DNA of 64,000 nt from Rebecca billardiae RCC1528 (Eukaryota > Protista > Haptophyta): contig OZ251222.1 of the NCBI GenBank assembly GCA_965240325.2, forward strand, positions 868,001 to 932,000, written 5' to 3'. The position numbers and the translations under genes are program-made. Shown piece by piece: positions 54,482-64,000 of this stretch. Within the stretch, counting starts at the first letter, position 1. Every line of letters begins with the position of its first letter. The notes beneath the pieces are model-generated. The model was given only the letters and a program-made list of their open reading frames with translations. It was not told the origin of the DNA and did no database searches.

Positions 54482-57180
54482 GGACTAATTCTATGATTTA
54501 AAGACACAGGCACGAGGGCGCAGCTCTCCTGATTCGTCTGTCGAAGTACTGAATGGAGTTAATGGAGGATGTCGGAGCGCGTTGGCCGCGGGTGAGGGAG
54601 TCGTCGTAACCGATGCTGATCACACGGTCACTGAGGTTGCTGCGGTTTCACACCTAAATCCACCTACAAAAATCCCCCAAATCCTGCGCGCATCCTCTTT
54701 TTTGATTTTGCGGAGCACGTGCGCCGCCCCCCCCGGCTTTCGCTCACGCTCAGACCTTTCGGGGGGGCCGTGCGCCATGATGCATCGTCAGTTACACGAC
54801 TGTAGATGAGTGTACTGTGTAGTGCGTTTTAAAAACACTGTACATGTCTGTTGACTCCACTGTCATAACTGTTGTCTGCGCGCGCTGCATTAAGAAGCGC
54901 AGGCCTAGTTGCATATGCGTCTGCCGCAATCTGTATCAGCAGCAGCGACAATGACGCGGCGATAATAGTGTCCAAACAACTGATGATGAATGGCATGATT
55001 GTCAAAGCAGCTAGCTCCGATCTGCTGGGAGATCTGCCTGCGCCAGCATGCGGCATGGCGCGCGCGAGGCGCGCTGCGCCAGCGCCGCGCCACGACGGCT
55101 GCTGTGGAGTCGAGATCCTTGTCATCGGCGCAGGGACGCGTAAGCCGTCCTGCGCTGGGGGTTGACGATGCACCTTCTCCAGGTCACGGGGCGGCCGTGC
55201 CCCAGGTGGCAGGTTCGGCACACAGCATTCGTTTGGCCACCAGCTGCGCCGTCTCCGCGCCACTCTGCGAGTGTGCAGTGACCTTGTCAGACTTTCGGTC
55301 ACTCCTCCGAGAGGTGAGCTGCGAGGTTCGGCCCGCCCGAGAGGACGGACTCTTGGAAGCTGTAGAACTTGCCCAGCGGGTGCCGCAGGAGCCAGCCATG
55401 CGACGGATCCCCCCCGCCGCGCTCCACCCACTCGACGCCCTCCGCAAAGAGCTTCTTGCCGTCTGCGTCGAGACGCAGGGCCTCGCCTGCCATGAAGACC
55501 GAACCGGCCGACTGCGTGTGCGCAACGCCCTCGCCGCTGGCGAGGCGGCGCAGCACGCGCAGCACGCGCTCGGCGTTGCTCGCCGAGCACCCGTTCTTCG
55601 TCAGCAGCCACTCCTGAATCGCCTCGAGCCACTCCATGGCACCCAGCTCGACGAGCCGAGCTGATCTCTCGGCGGCCGTCATCACCGGCGCCTCCAGCGC
55701 ACTGCTCTTCTCCGCCTTGGGAGCGACGGGGCGCAGCTTGCGGAGCTCCAGGGGCGTCCGCTTGGGCCGCTTCGGCGGGGGACTCGGGGTCCGCAGCACG
55801 TCGAACTGGGGCTTCGGTGACGGCGCGCGCACTCTGAGCTTCCGATCGGTTGCCGGCGGGTCAACGCGCCGCTGCTTGCGCACCTGCACGGGCCGCGGGG
55901 TGGCGAAAGCCTCCTTCTTAGACGCTTGCGCGAGCCCGAGGTGCAGGAGCATCTGCTGGTTCTTCTCAATGTTCTCCAGACGCTCTCGCTCGTAATCCGT
56001 GAGCTCGGCGACCTGCATGCTTTCGAACACGACACGCACGAGCTCGCGCCCGCTCGCGTCTCGCCCGCTGAGCTCGCCCCGCGGAGCCGAACGAGTGCGA
56101 GCGCGGGAAAACAGGCGAAAAGGGCGCGAAACCGAGTCCGGTAATCTGAATCCGGCTTACAGGGGGGGTCCGCCAAGTGAAGTTTCCCACTTCGGAAAGG
56201 AAGCCAGGCGGGCGTGAATGCCCGTCCCACCACGATCCAAGGCGCGTGTGGCACGTCCGGGACCTGGGGGCATGCCACACGCCGGTCGGCGTCGCCGTAC
56301 GAGCATGTGGGCATGCGTGACAGCTTCCTTTCTGACTTTTCGACCACTCTCACGTCCACGTCTACGTCCTCGTGCGGGCGGCGCGCGCGTGAGGCTCGCA
56401 TGGGAAGAATGGGTAAGTAGGGACCAGGATCACCCTTCTGACGGCCATGCCGACCTCTTATGCCTTGCGACGGTGCAGGCCAGTCAATGCTCCGTCTGAC
56501 CCCACACACCGTGAGTCTGACGATCAATGTTGACTGCGCGGTAGTCGTGCGACCGCCGCCCGACACTGTTGCCGTGCGAATACGTGTGCAGCGTGTGCGC
56601 GCCTGTCAACGGCGAGGCGATCATCGACCGACATGGCTAGCGAGCTGATCAGGACTAGTACCAACCTTGTCTGGGACCACGCTACGCGATTTGGCGACCT
56701 CGCCACCGCTCAATGCCCGTCCAGAGGCACGGACGTGCCGCACTACCTGGCCAGCCACCGCCAAAGTGGGGCCCACCATCTGGACCCCCCTGTACGTACG
56801 TACATCACCTTCCGGGGCAGCCGCGAGCGGTGAGGTTGGCGACTTCGTAGGGGAATGCCCGTCCCACCGCGATCCTGTCTCTCTTCGGAGAGCGTGCGAT
56901 GAAGGATGGCGCGGCAACCTGCCACTGTGAGCCTTACGCACGTTAAAACAAATAAACTGTAGGCGCCAGTGCAACGTCCGATACATACCGGGGGGCCTTG
57001 CACCCCCCGGTCGGCGTCGCCGTGCGAGCGCGTGGCCTTGCGCGTGAGTGACAGCTTTCCTTCCGACTTCTCGACCACTGTCGCGTCCACGTCCACGTCG
57101 ATCGTGTGACCGGCGTGCGTGAGGCTGCGAACTTGGGAAGGATGGGCAAGTAGCGGCCAGGATCACCCTTTCTGGCGGCG
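54482..57180 (-). mobile_element. Degenerate element (end-pair family E/D) enclosing ORF 55299-56018
   Basis: D end RC at 54482-54545; E repeat twice (56200-56490, 56850-57180); same order/orientation relative to ORF as 25065-26295. Confidence 0.5.
55299..56018 (-). CDS. Uncharacterised protein with N-terminal YExERLxNIxxNxxxLxxLGL helix and C-terminal D..HGWLL.HPLGK domain (possibly last exon)
   Basis: Clean GC3-biased ORF; ATG 56018 overlaps a possible acceptor (TGCAG|GTC); lies within repeat ends. Confidence 0.65.
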   Translation of the reverse strand: MQVAELTDYERERLENIEKNQQMLLHLGLAQASKKEAFATPRPVQVRKQRRVDPPATDRKLRVRAPSPKPQFDVLRTPSPPPKRPKRTPLELRKLRPVAPKAEKSSALEAPVMTAAERSARLVELGAMEWLEAIQEWLLTKNGCSASNAERVLRVLRRLASGEGVAHTQSAGSVFMAGEALRLDADGKKLFAEGVEWVERGGGDPSHGWLLRHPLGKFYSFQESVLSGGPNLAAHLSEE

Positions 57181-58474
57181 CCTGGGTCCCAGGGCCCCAG
57201 GAGCCCCCTCGGGCGCCTGGGGCTCTGGGACCGCGGGCTCCGATCTAGACTCCGCGCATCATCAGTCTCAGTCACTATTAAGGACCGTTGGGCAGTGCTC
57301 AGGACCGTGTGCTTCCGATTGGCAAGTGCAACCCTTCCGGTCCGCGACGCCCGAGGCCGACGGCGACGCCCCGAGAGTGCCGGTCTGGCGGTGCCGGACT
57401 CTCAGTCTCAAGCAGCACCGACTCTACGACCGGACTACTTGCGGTCAATAATCGAGTCTGCCTATATGACTTTGTGTGTCAGTCTGACTCTGAGCTTGCT
57501 CTGAGCCCTAGTTCAGTAGTTGATTCAAGCTCAGCTAGGTACAGTGTTAGTTGCTTCTTTCCTACTACAGTGTTCCGTCTTACTTCCGACCCCCAATTTA
57601 ATGACTTCAACGAGAATAATGGCGGGGCATCCGACCACCTCCCAATAGGTTCAGCCTCTATTTTTACGATGTACTTACCCGCCCCCGACTCAGATTTCAG
57701 CACAGTCCGGGAGCGACCCGCGGACACCTATCTATGTATGCGAAAATGGCGCCCGGTCTGACTCGCTAGTTGTAGAAAATAGAGTCCATGTAGTAGTAGT
57801 TAAACCTATTGCGCGTATTGGAGGCTTGGCTGACGATCCATCTGCCATCTGGCCGTCATAGCCGTCCAAGGGACCGCCTGGGGTCAGGGCGGTCAGGTCT
57901 AGGAGCGATCGGAACCGCCGGAAGGCGGAAGCCGGGCCCGAACTAAGGCTCGGAATAATAAGCCACGACTAAGCTACTAGTGTGTCAGTAACGACTGTGT
58001 ACTACAACCGCGTCAATTGCCGTGTGCCGTGCTGCGTAACCGTGATGCCGCACCGACTCATAGCTTATTATTCAGTCATTGACGACACGGAACTGTAACA
58101 CGCATTGTCAGCACGGAGCACCAGCCACCAGACTAGATAGTAGTGATAGTACTTAGTAGCAGCCGGGCTGCGGCAGGGTGATTGTGCCACTGATAGTGAT
58201 ACCGCCGGGCCCGGACTACTGGACTAGGAGTACGGGCTCCGCAGCCCGGCCCGGATCAGTACCTAAATCGGGCTCGCAGAGTGAGTGGCTCGATTCCCAT
58301 CGGCATCTCAGACCCCCCCCCCCCCCCCCCGCCCCCCCCCATCTGCAATGAGCCTGATCGGATAGTACGGGATCAACGACTCGGATGGTGCAGCATGGGA
58401 TGGTGATGATCGGAGAGCTCAGCCCATGACAGCCATCATCACGGCAGGGGTCGATTCTGCCCGCGACAAAAAAA

Positions 58475-59166
58475 TCAGAGCTCCTCGTCTTCCTCTTCCC
58501 AGTTGCGCGGATCGTTCTTGTCGTTCATGTCATAGAACGACTCCTTGGGCGAGCCACACATGGGGCACTTGAAGCTGCTCGGGAAGAATTTGCCCTCTCG
58601 CCCGCGCGCGGGGTAGAGCTCGTAGCCGCAGTTCTCACATTTGAATGCCTTGAGCTCGTTCTGGGCAGACTCGGTTTGCGCGGTGAACTCGGTGGCCGAT
58701 GTCGTCGGCCCAGCCGGCTTTCCACCCCCGAAGATCGCCCGGAAGGCGACGAGCGCGAGCGCCCCCAACGCGATCTTGATCTGCAGGATCTCTCCTGAAC
58801 TCATGCCCTGCAAACGCGCAGCGCGGATCGGGCGATCAGGAACATGCGTGCGGCGCACGTGGCCGACGGAAGCACGCGACGCGCGCGGCGTACCGACACG
58901 TTGATTTTGATGAGTGGCCTACGCTCCTCAGACTGCCGCTTCACGTCCTTTCGTGCCGCCACCGCAGCGAGCTCGGGCGTGGCAGGGACGCCGACGCGCC
59001 GCGCAGACTCACCGCCGCTGTCCTGGTCGGCCATGTGCACCCGAGCGGTGCGGTGCAGAGAGCGCTGTGTGACGCGCGAGGGCGCAATGCCGAATGCATC
59101 GACGCTGCACAGGCCGCCGAGCAGGGCCACCGCCGCAAGTGCGAGCGCCGCAGCCATGGACTTCAT
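58475..59166 (-). CDS. Plastid-targeted rubredoxin-like membrane protein; intron 58808-58893
   Basis: Signal peptide ending VDA-F + Arg/Ser-rich transit peptide; TM helix; FKCENCGYELYP...FKCPMCGSPKESF (two CxxC). Confidence 0.8.
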
Positions 59167-59415
59167 CGCGACGAGCGTCCAGTCTGAAGTCGTCCGCCAC
59201 GAGTTCGAGCCCCGCAACGCAAGGCCGAGCGGACCGCCAGGCGACGCACACCCTGGCTGGTACGCACCCAGCCGCCTAGGCGTCCGGACTCCTGGCCTCC
59301 TCCGCCGCCAAGGCGCACACCTCCCGGACTATCCCCACCATCAAATCTCCAGGCGATCTCGTCAAGCTCGGGTCGCTTGAGCCTCGCATCGCCGCCACGC
59401 CCAGCTGTCGTCATC

Positions 59416-60290
59416 ATGATTACGCCGGTCCTCGCATGCCTCGCGTTCTCCCCCCGCCCGTCAGCGCTGGCGCGGCCGTCGGCGCGGTCGTCGGTGACGA
59501 TGGCGTCCGACTACTTGATCGCGCCGTCGATCCTCTCCGCCAACTTCGCCAAGCTCGGCGAGGAGGTGGACACCGTGCTCGCGTCGGGCGCGGATGTGGT
59601 GCACTTTGATGTCATGGACAACCACTATGTGCCCAACCTGACGATCGGCCCGCTGGTGTGCAAGGCGCTGCGCGACCACGGCGTCACCGCCCCGATCGAC
59701 GTGCACCTCATGGTCTCCCCCGTCGACCGCATTATTGGCGACTTTGCCGATGCGGGTGCGTCGTTCATCACGTTCCACCCGGAGGCGACTGGGCACATCG
59801 ACCGCTCCCTGCAGCTCATTCGCTCGCTTGGGTGCAAGTCGGGCCTCGTGTTCAACCCGGCAACGCCGCTGGACTGCCTCGAGTACGTGATGGACAAGGT
59901 GGGCTCTCGCCCTCGCCCTCCGCGCGTGCGAACCGGCTGCGTGCTCCCACCGCCGCGCGCGCGCTGTGACCGTGCGGCCCTCCCCGCCGCTGCTCGCATC
60001 CTGGCCGCGCCGCGCAGGTCGACATCGTCCTGCTGATGAGTGTCAACCCGGGCTTCGGCGGCCAGGCGTTCATCCCCGCGACGCTGGACAAGCTTAAGCA
60101 GGCGCGTAAGCTCATCGACGCGTCGGGCTACGACATCAGGCTCGAGGTGGACGGCGGCGTGTCGGCCGGCAACATCCAGGAGATTGCCAAGGCGGGCGCG
60201 GACATGTTCGTCGCCGGCTCGGCCATCTTCAACACGGATGACTACAAGAAGACGATCGACGGCATGCGCGCTGAGCTCTCGGGCGCATAA
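59416..60290 (+). CDS. rpe: Ribulose-phosphate 3-epimerase, plastid-targeted; intron 59899-60017
   Basis: [66 protein letters not shown]; leader [16 protein letters not shown]... Confidence 0.96.
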
Positions 60291-60758
60291 ATCGCCCACG
60301 ATCATCCTGGGGAATGCAGACCAACCTGCTGTACTGTCGCTTTGGTCTCCAGCTCCGTGACGCAAGCGGCCCAGCGAGCTGTGACCACTGGCACTGACCG
60401 GTCTCGCGGTCACGCGTCACCGTGGCACATGACGTTAAAGCGTCCGTCGAAGTTGCTTGGCACGGGAGGCTGCAGCTCATCGGAGGTTGAGCAACACATC
60501 GCCCGCAGGCTTCCAGGAGAGGACATCGTTGACCTTTGGTGACCGACCGTGAGGTGTTCAGTAAGATCAGACTCAGGCGTGATTGACACAGTGAGTGATG
60601 AGTGGCAGTGGGCGTGAGTGGGCGTCAATCTCGCCTGCCTGAGCTGTGTGCGTCTCTTATTCTTAGTAAACTGACTGTCTTGCGCACGTCGCGTGAGGAC
60701 GGTGACTTCCAAGATGATTGTATTTTCGCCGCCCCGCCTTTCACGTCACCCCGGTCGG

Positions 60759-61358
60759 ATGGCGCCGACGTCGCCGACCGCAACTCGCGTGGCCATCCTG
60801 CCTGGCAACGGATGTGTGAACGTGCGGGCCTCCAACTGGTACGGGTGGCTTGCCAGCAGCCTACTTGCTGCGGGTATCCCTGTGGGCCTCGTTGATATGC
60901 CCGATCCGCATGGCGCAAACGAGGCACTATGGCTGAAGACGTGTCACGATGAGCTGGCGTGCGATGCGGGTACTGTGGTGGTAGGCCATTCAAGTGGGGC
61001 GGCCTGTGCCATGCGGCTCGCTGAGAACACAAAGCTGGCTGGCTTGGTTCTGGTGTCCGCCTACCACACCGACCTCGGTGACGAGGGGGAGCGCGAGGCC
61101 GGGTATTTCTCACGCCCATGGCAATGGGAAGCCATTCGTGGCAACGTGCATGGTGCCTTTGGAATCGTGCAATATGGCGCGGCAGATGACTGCTTTCTGC
61201 CTCTTTCGGAGCAGCAGCATGTTGCGGATTCTCTTCATGCTGATTTCCGACGACTCGATGGGCGAAGTCATTTCATGGAACGCACATTCCCCGAACTGCT
61301 GCAGCTGCTCAAAGAGCGCATCTCGCAGCCTGCTGACATGTCCGATGCGGAATCGTAG
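60759..61358 (+). CDS. RBBP9/YdeN-like serine hydrolase
   Basis: ILPGNGC, NWYGWL, MPDP..A.E..W, VVGHSSGA, LVSAYHTDLGDEGE...GYF.RPW.WE.I, DD.FLP, GRSHF. Confidence 0.9.
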   Translation: MAPTSPTATRVAILPGNGCVNVRASNWYGWLASSLLAAGIPVGLVDMPDPHGANEALWLKTCHDELACDAGTVVVGHSSGAACAMRLAENTKLAGLVLVSAYHTDLGDEGEREAGYFSRPWQWEAIRGNVHGAFGIVQYGAADDCFLPLSEQQHVADSLHADFRRLDGRSHFMERTFPELLQLLKERISQPADMSDAES

Positions 61359-61735
61359 CATTGCACAATGTCGATGATCTCAGAGGCATCGTGAGGCAGG
61401 GCCAGTGGCAGCGCCTGCCCGCTAACTAATCAAGTCGTGGCTTGCCGTGGGCGCGTGGCATCGGCAGCAGTGATTAAGTACTGATCTAAACGCGCCCGCC
61501 GTAACGCAATAAACGCGCCGCCACTCGCGGCCGCCCTGCGGCCAGCGGCGGGGCAGCCCCGGCGGCTATCCCCTTACCGCAGTTCAATCTGCTTCGTATG
61601 GAAGCAGATTTGACGGCGGCCGCTGCGCGCGCTTTGCGGCCCACCCACGCGCGCCTGGGCGTTGAACACGGCTTGAGAGTGTCCAGGCATGGTCTAGCTA
61701 GTAGCTACCCTCAGACAGCTGCGGCTTCATCCGGT

Positions 61736-61818
61736 TGCCACATTAAGCCTTGACCACCTGCCACATTAAGGGCCCCGCGACCGGCTGCCACATTAAGGCG
61801 ACCGGCTGCCACATTAAG
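61736..61818. repeat. Four iterated 12-bp motifs TGCCACATTAAG
   Basis: Copies at 61736, 61759, 61786, 61807 with variable 9-15 bp linkers. Confidence 0.9.
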
Positions 61819-61874
61819 GATCCGCGCCAACGCTCGCACGGCCACCGACACGCCACGCGCGGAGCGATGCGCCG

Positions 61875-62830
61875 ATGGTCTTCGGCTCGGTCGCAAACGT
61901 CCTGAACCGCGCTGGCCTGGTCAGTCGCCCTTTGCTCGACGCAGTCGTGCACTGGCCGGCGGAGGCAGTGGCGCCGGGCGTCGGGAAGCACTTCGAGTTC
62001 CTCGGTGAGGCTGGCGAGCCCGCGCCCGACAAGAAGCAGCGTGGCGGCGCGCGCGCGCCGTGCTCGCGGTGAAGTGCGTGCTGCTCGCGAAGGGAAAGCA
62101 GTTCAAGCAGGGACACCTCGAGCACTCGGTAGATGATCTCGCCGTGCTCGCCGCTGACGGCCAGCGTGCGAAGCGCGCTGCTGGCATACACGGCGTTGAG
62201 CAGGTCACCGTGCGAGAGTGCTCCGTCAGACCCGTGGCCAAGGCCCTTGTCGATCAGCTGCGCTGAAGGGCGCGCGCAAGAGTGCGTGATGGAGGTCACT
62301 TCCAGGCAGGCTCCATGTTGGCTGCAGCGCTGCGTCTGCGCAGCATGCCCCCGCACGCGCGTCTGCGGGCGCACGCCTGCGCTCATCTGCAACCTGCGCT
62401 CGAGCTCAGCCTTGAGCGCGCTCAGCGTGCCCTTCAGCAGCTCGAGCTGTTCCTCCTTGCGCCGCGCGTCCGCGTGCGCCGCGAGTAGGTGCTTGTTCAG
62501 CGGCTGCACCTGCACCGCCGCGTGCTCGACGCTTGCCTCGACCACCTCAACACGCACGCGCTCGCCGACGCGCTCCAGGGACTGCTGCGTCAGCTCATGC
62601 GCACAGTGGAGCGCCAGAGCGACACCTCCGCGCCGTCCACAGCGCTTATCGCCGGGCTGAGCGCTATGGAGAGCTACACGTGTGCCGAGGGCTCGAGCCC
62701 GACGACGCGAACGCAGTTCACCTCGCTGTACGACGAACGCCACCTCGAGCGCACGAGCGCATGCGTCTACAGCGGGAGCACCGACGGCCGCTCCGGCAGG
62801 CTCGCCGCCGACTTCCCCAGTAGTAACTAG
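61875..62830. pseudogene. Mosaic of coding fragments in alternating orientation
   Basis: + coding-like 61875-62050 and 62667-62830; - coding-like coiled-coil exons ~62070-62260 and ~62375-62610 with an intron-like gap. Confidence 0.35.
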
Positions 62831-63517
62831 CATATCAAAGCCGTCTTCGGTAGCGCGCGAGGCTGGCTACAATACGGTGATGCTACACAACATGGGTTGC
62901 GTCACGCGCAGCACCACATGAGCGGCCGGCAGCGGCGTACCATCGGCTGAGCTGTTCCTGAGTCACTGTTCCTCTGCAGAGGAACGTGCACGCGCGCGTC
63001 GACGAGCACTTACGCGCTCCGCGGCCTTCGGCACCTTGACATCATTGCGCGTGCGCATGACAGGCGCGGATGGTTGCGCACTTGCGTGTCCGTTAGCGGC
63101 GCGCACGATCCGCGAGCACCGTCCGCCGGGGCCTTGCCATTGTCGACCTTGGACGGCGCACGGCGCACGGCGGCGCGCTCGCAGATTCGGTCGGGTAGCC
63201 CTCGCTGGACATGTGCTGGCCTCTGTTGCTCCGCTGCTCATCGGACCGGGTGCCAATCAGTGGCCCACAATTGACGACCCGTTCGCCTGCCCCGCATGCT
63301 CGCACACGGGATGACTCAGCCTGGAGCCACCCCGGTCGAGATTTCGGGATGTCAAAGCAGTGGCCGAGCATGCGCTCAAGCGCTCTCGTCCGCATGGAGC
63401 GTGACCTCTACCGTTCTACCGTCTGAGCGTCTGCCGTCACATGAGTCGGACAAGTCCCCAAAGCTGGGTGCAACCAGTCCATCGGGAGTAGCCGCCAGGC
63501 CTCCCGCCACCACCGCA

Positions 63518-63906
63518 GCCGCGCCGCCCAGGGTTGTGAGTCCTGGGATTACCCGGGGTGGTCAGGCTGGCGCGCACGCTCGCGGACGCTTGGAACCCGC
63601 GCTCCCGCGCTGCGTCGCGTGTCACCCCTCGATCGTCGCCCCACCGCCACCTCTTCCATCCCATCACCACCCCTTCCTCGACATCCTCGGCCTTCGCCGC
63701 AGCACCGACGCCCCCGCGCGCGGCCGCTGTGGCAGCGGGCGATCCGCGTGCGCTGCGCCGCCGCGCCGCCGCGCCGCCCAGAGTTGTGCAGCGCGGCCTG
63801 TGAGTCCTGCGAGCTGCCCTGTGTGGTCAGGCTGGTGCGCACGCTCGCGAACGCTTCGAACACTCGCTGCATAGCGTGTCGCCCCTCGATCGCCGCCCCA
63901 CCGCCG
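63518..63906. repeat. Degenerate direct repeat (~130 bp unit, ~265 bp period), likely subterminal TE sequence
   Basis: GTGAGTCCTG...GTGGTCAGGCTGG.GCGCACGCTCGCG.ACGCTT.GAAC...CCCCTCGATCG.CGCCCCACCGCC twice. Confidence 0.7.
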
Positions 63907-64000
63907 CGTTTTCCTCCACGCACGGCGGCCGTCGCCGCCGCACGAGCGCCCCGCTCGCGGGCCGCGCGCCCACTGGGCGCAGGAATTTCGGGTGGGGATT

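Noticed and set aside
56960-57110. DVDVDATVVEK as an IS1380-like transposase motif
   Set aside because: No downstream conserved motifs, and the frame is not conserved among the three repeat copies.
61736-61818. CRISPR-like repeat-spacer array
   Set aside because: Repeats are only 12 bp, linkers are 9-15 bp and similar to each other, there are no cas genes, and the context is eukaryotic.
1-64000. Prokaryotic operon, prophage, rRNA or tRNA genes
   Set aside because: Spliceosomal introns and eukaryote-type genes throughout; no rRNA or tRNA signature recognised.

Overview
Very GC-rich eukaryotic nuclear DNA. It is probably from a haptophyte-type alga with a red-lineage secondary plastid (a Pavlovales-like genome is an inference), based on short GC-rich GT-AG introns, signal+transit-peptide leaders and an E. 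coli-like plastid RPE. About 20 protein genes are supported: lysyl-endopeptidase-like protease (5' truncated), GT29, RS-domain AlkB-like dioxygenase, ABC-F, GT47, ShK-prolyl 4-hydroxylase, hybrid histidine kinase, BCS1, GT61, RRP8, ARM protein, membrane alpha/beta hydrolase, RluA pseudouridine synthase, a divergent P5 ATPase, a plastid rubredoxin-like protein, RPE, an RBBP9-like hydrolase and several hypotheticals. Five gene pairs sit head-to-head only ~165-250 bp apart. The gene blocks are separated by islands of non-autonomous mobile DNA. The most notable structure is a three-copy, 1.4-1.65 kb element family with a conserved 5' end, an asymmetric 13-bp inverted repeat and an identical 3' hairpin (Helentron/Helitron2-like architecture), each copy carrying different internal cargo. 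Also present are a two-copy element with a Ulp1-protease-like relic flanking the P4H gene, two fold-back elements whose arms evolve in concert, and a second end-pair family enclosing different ORFs. No rRNA, tRNA, CRISPR array or intact transposase/Rep-helicase was seen. All comparisons were made by eye; coordinates of repeats are approximate.
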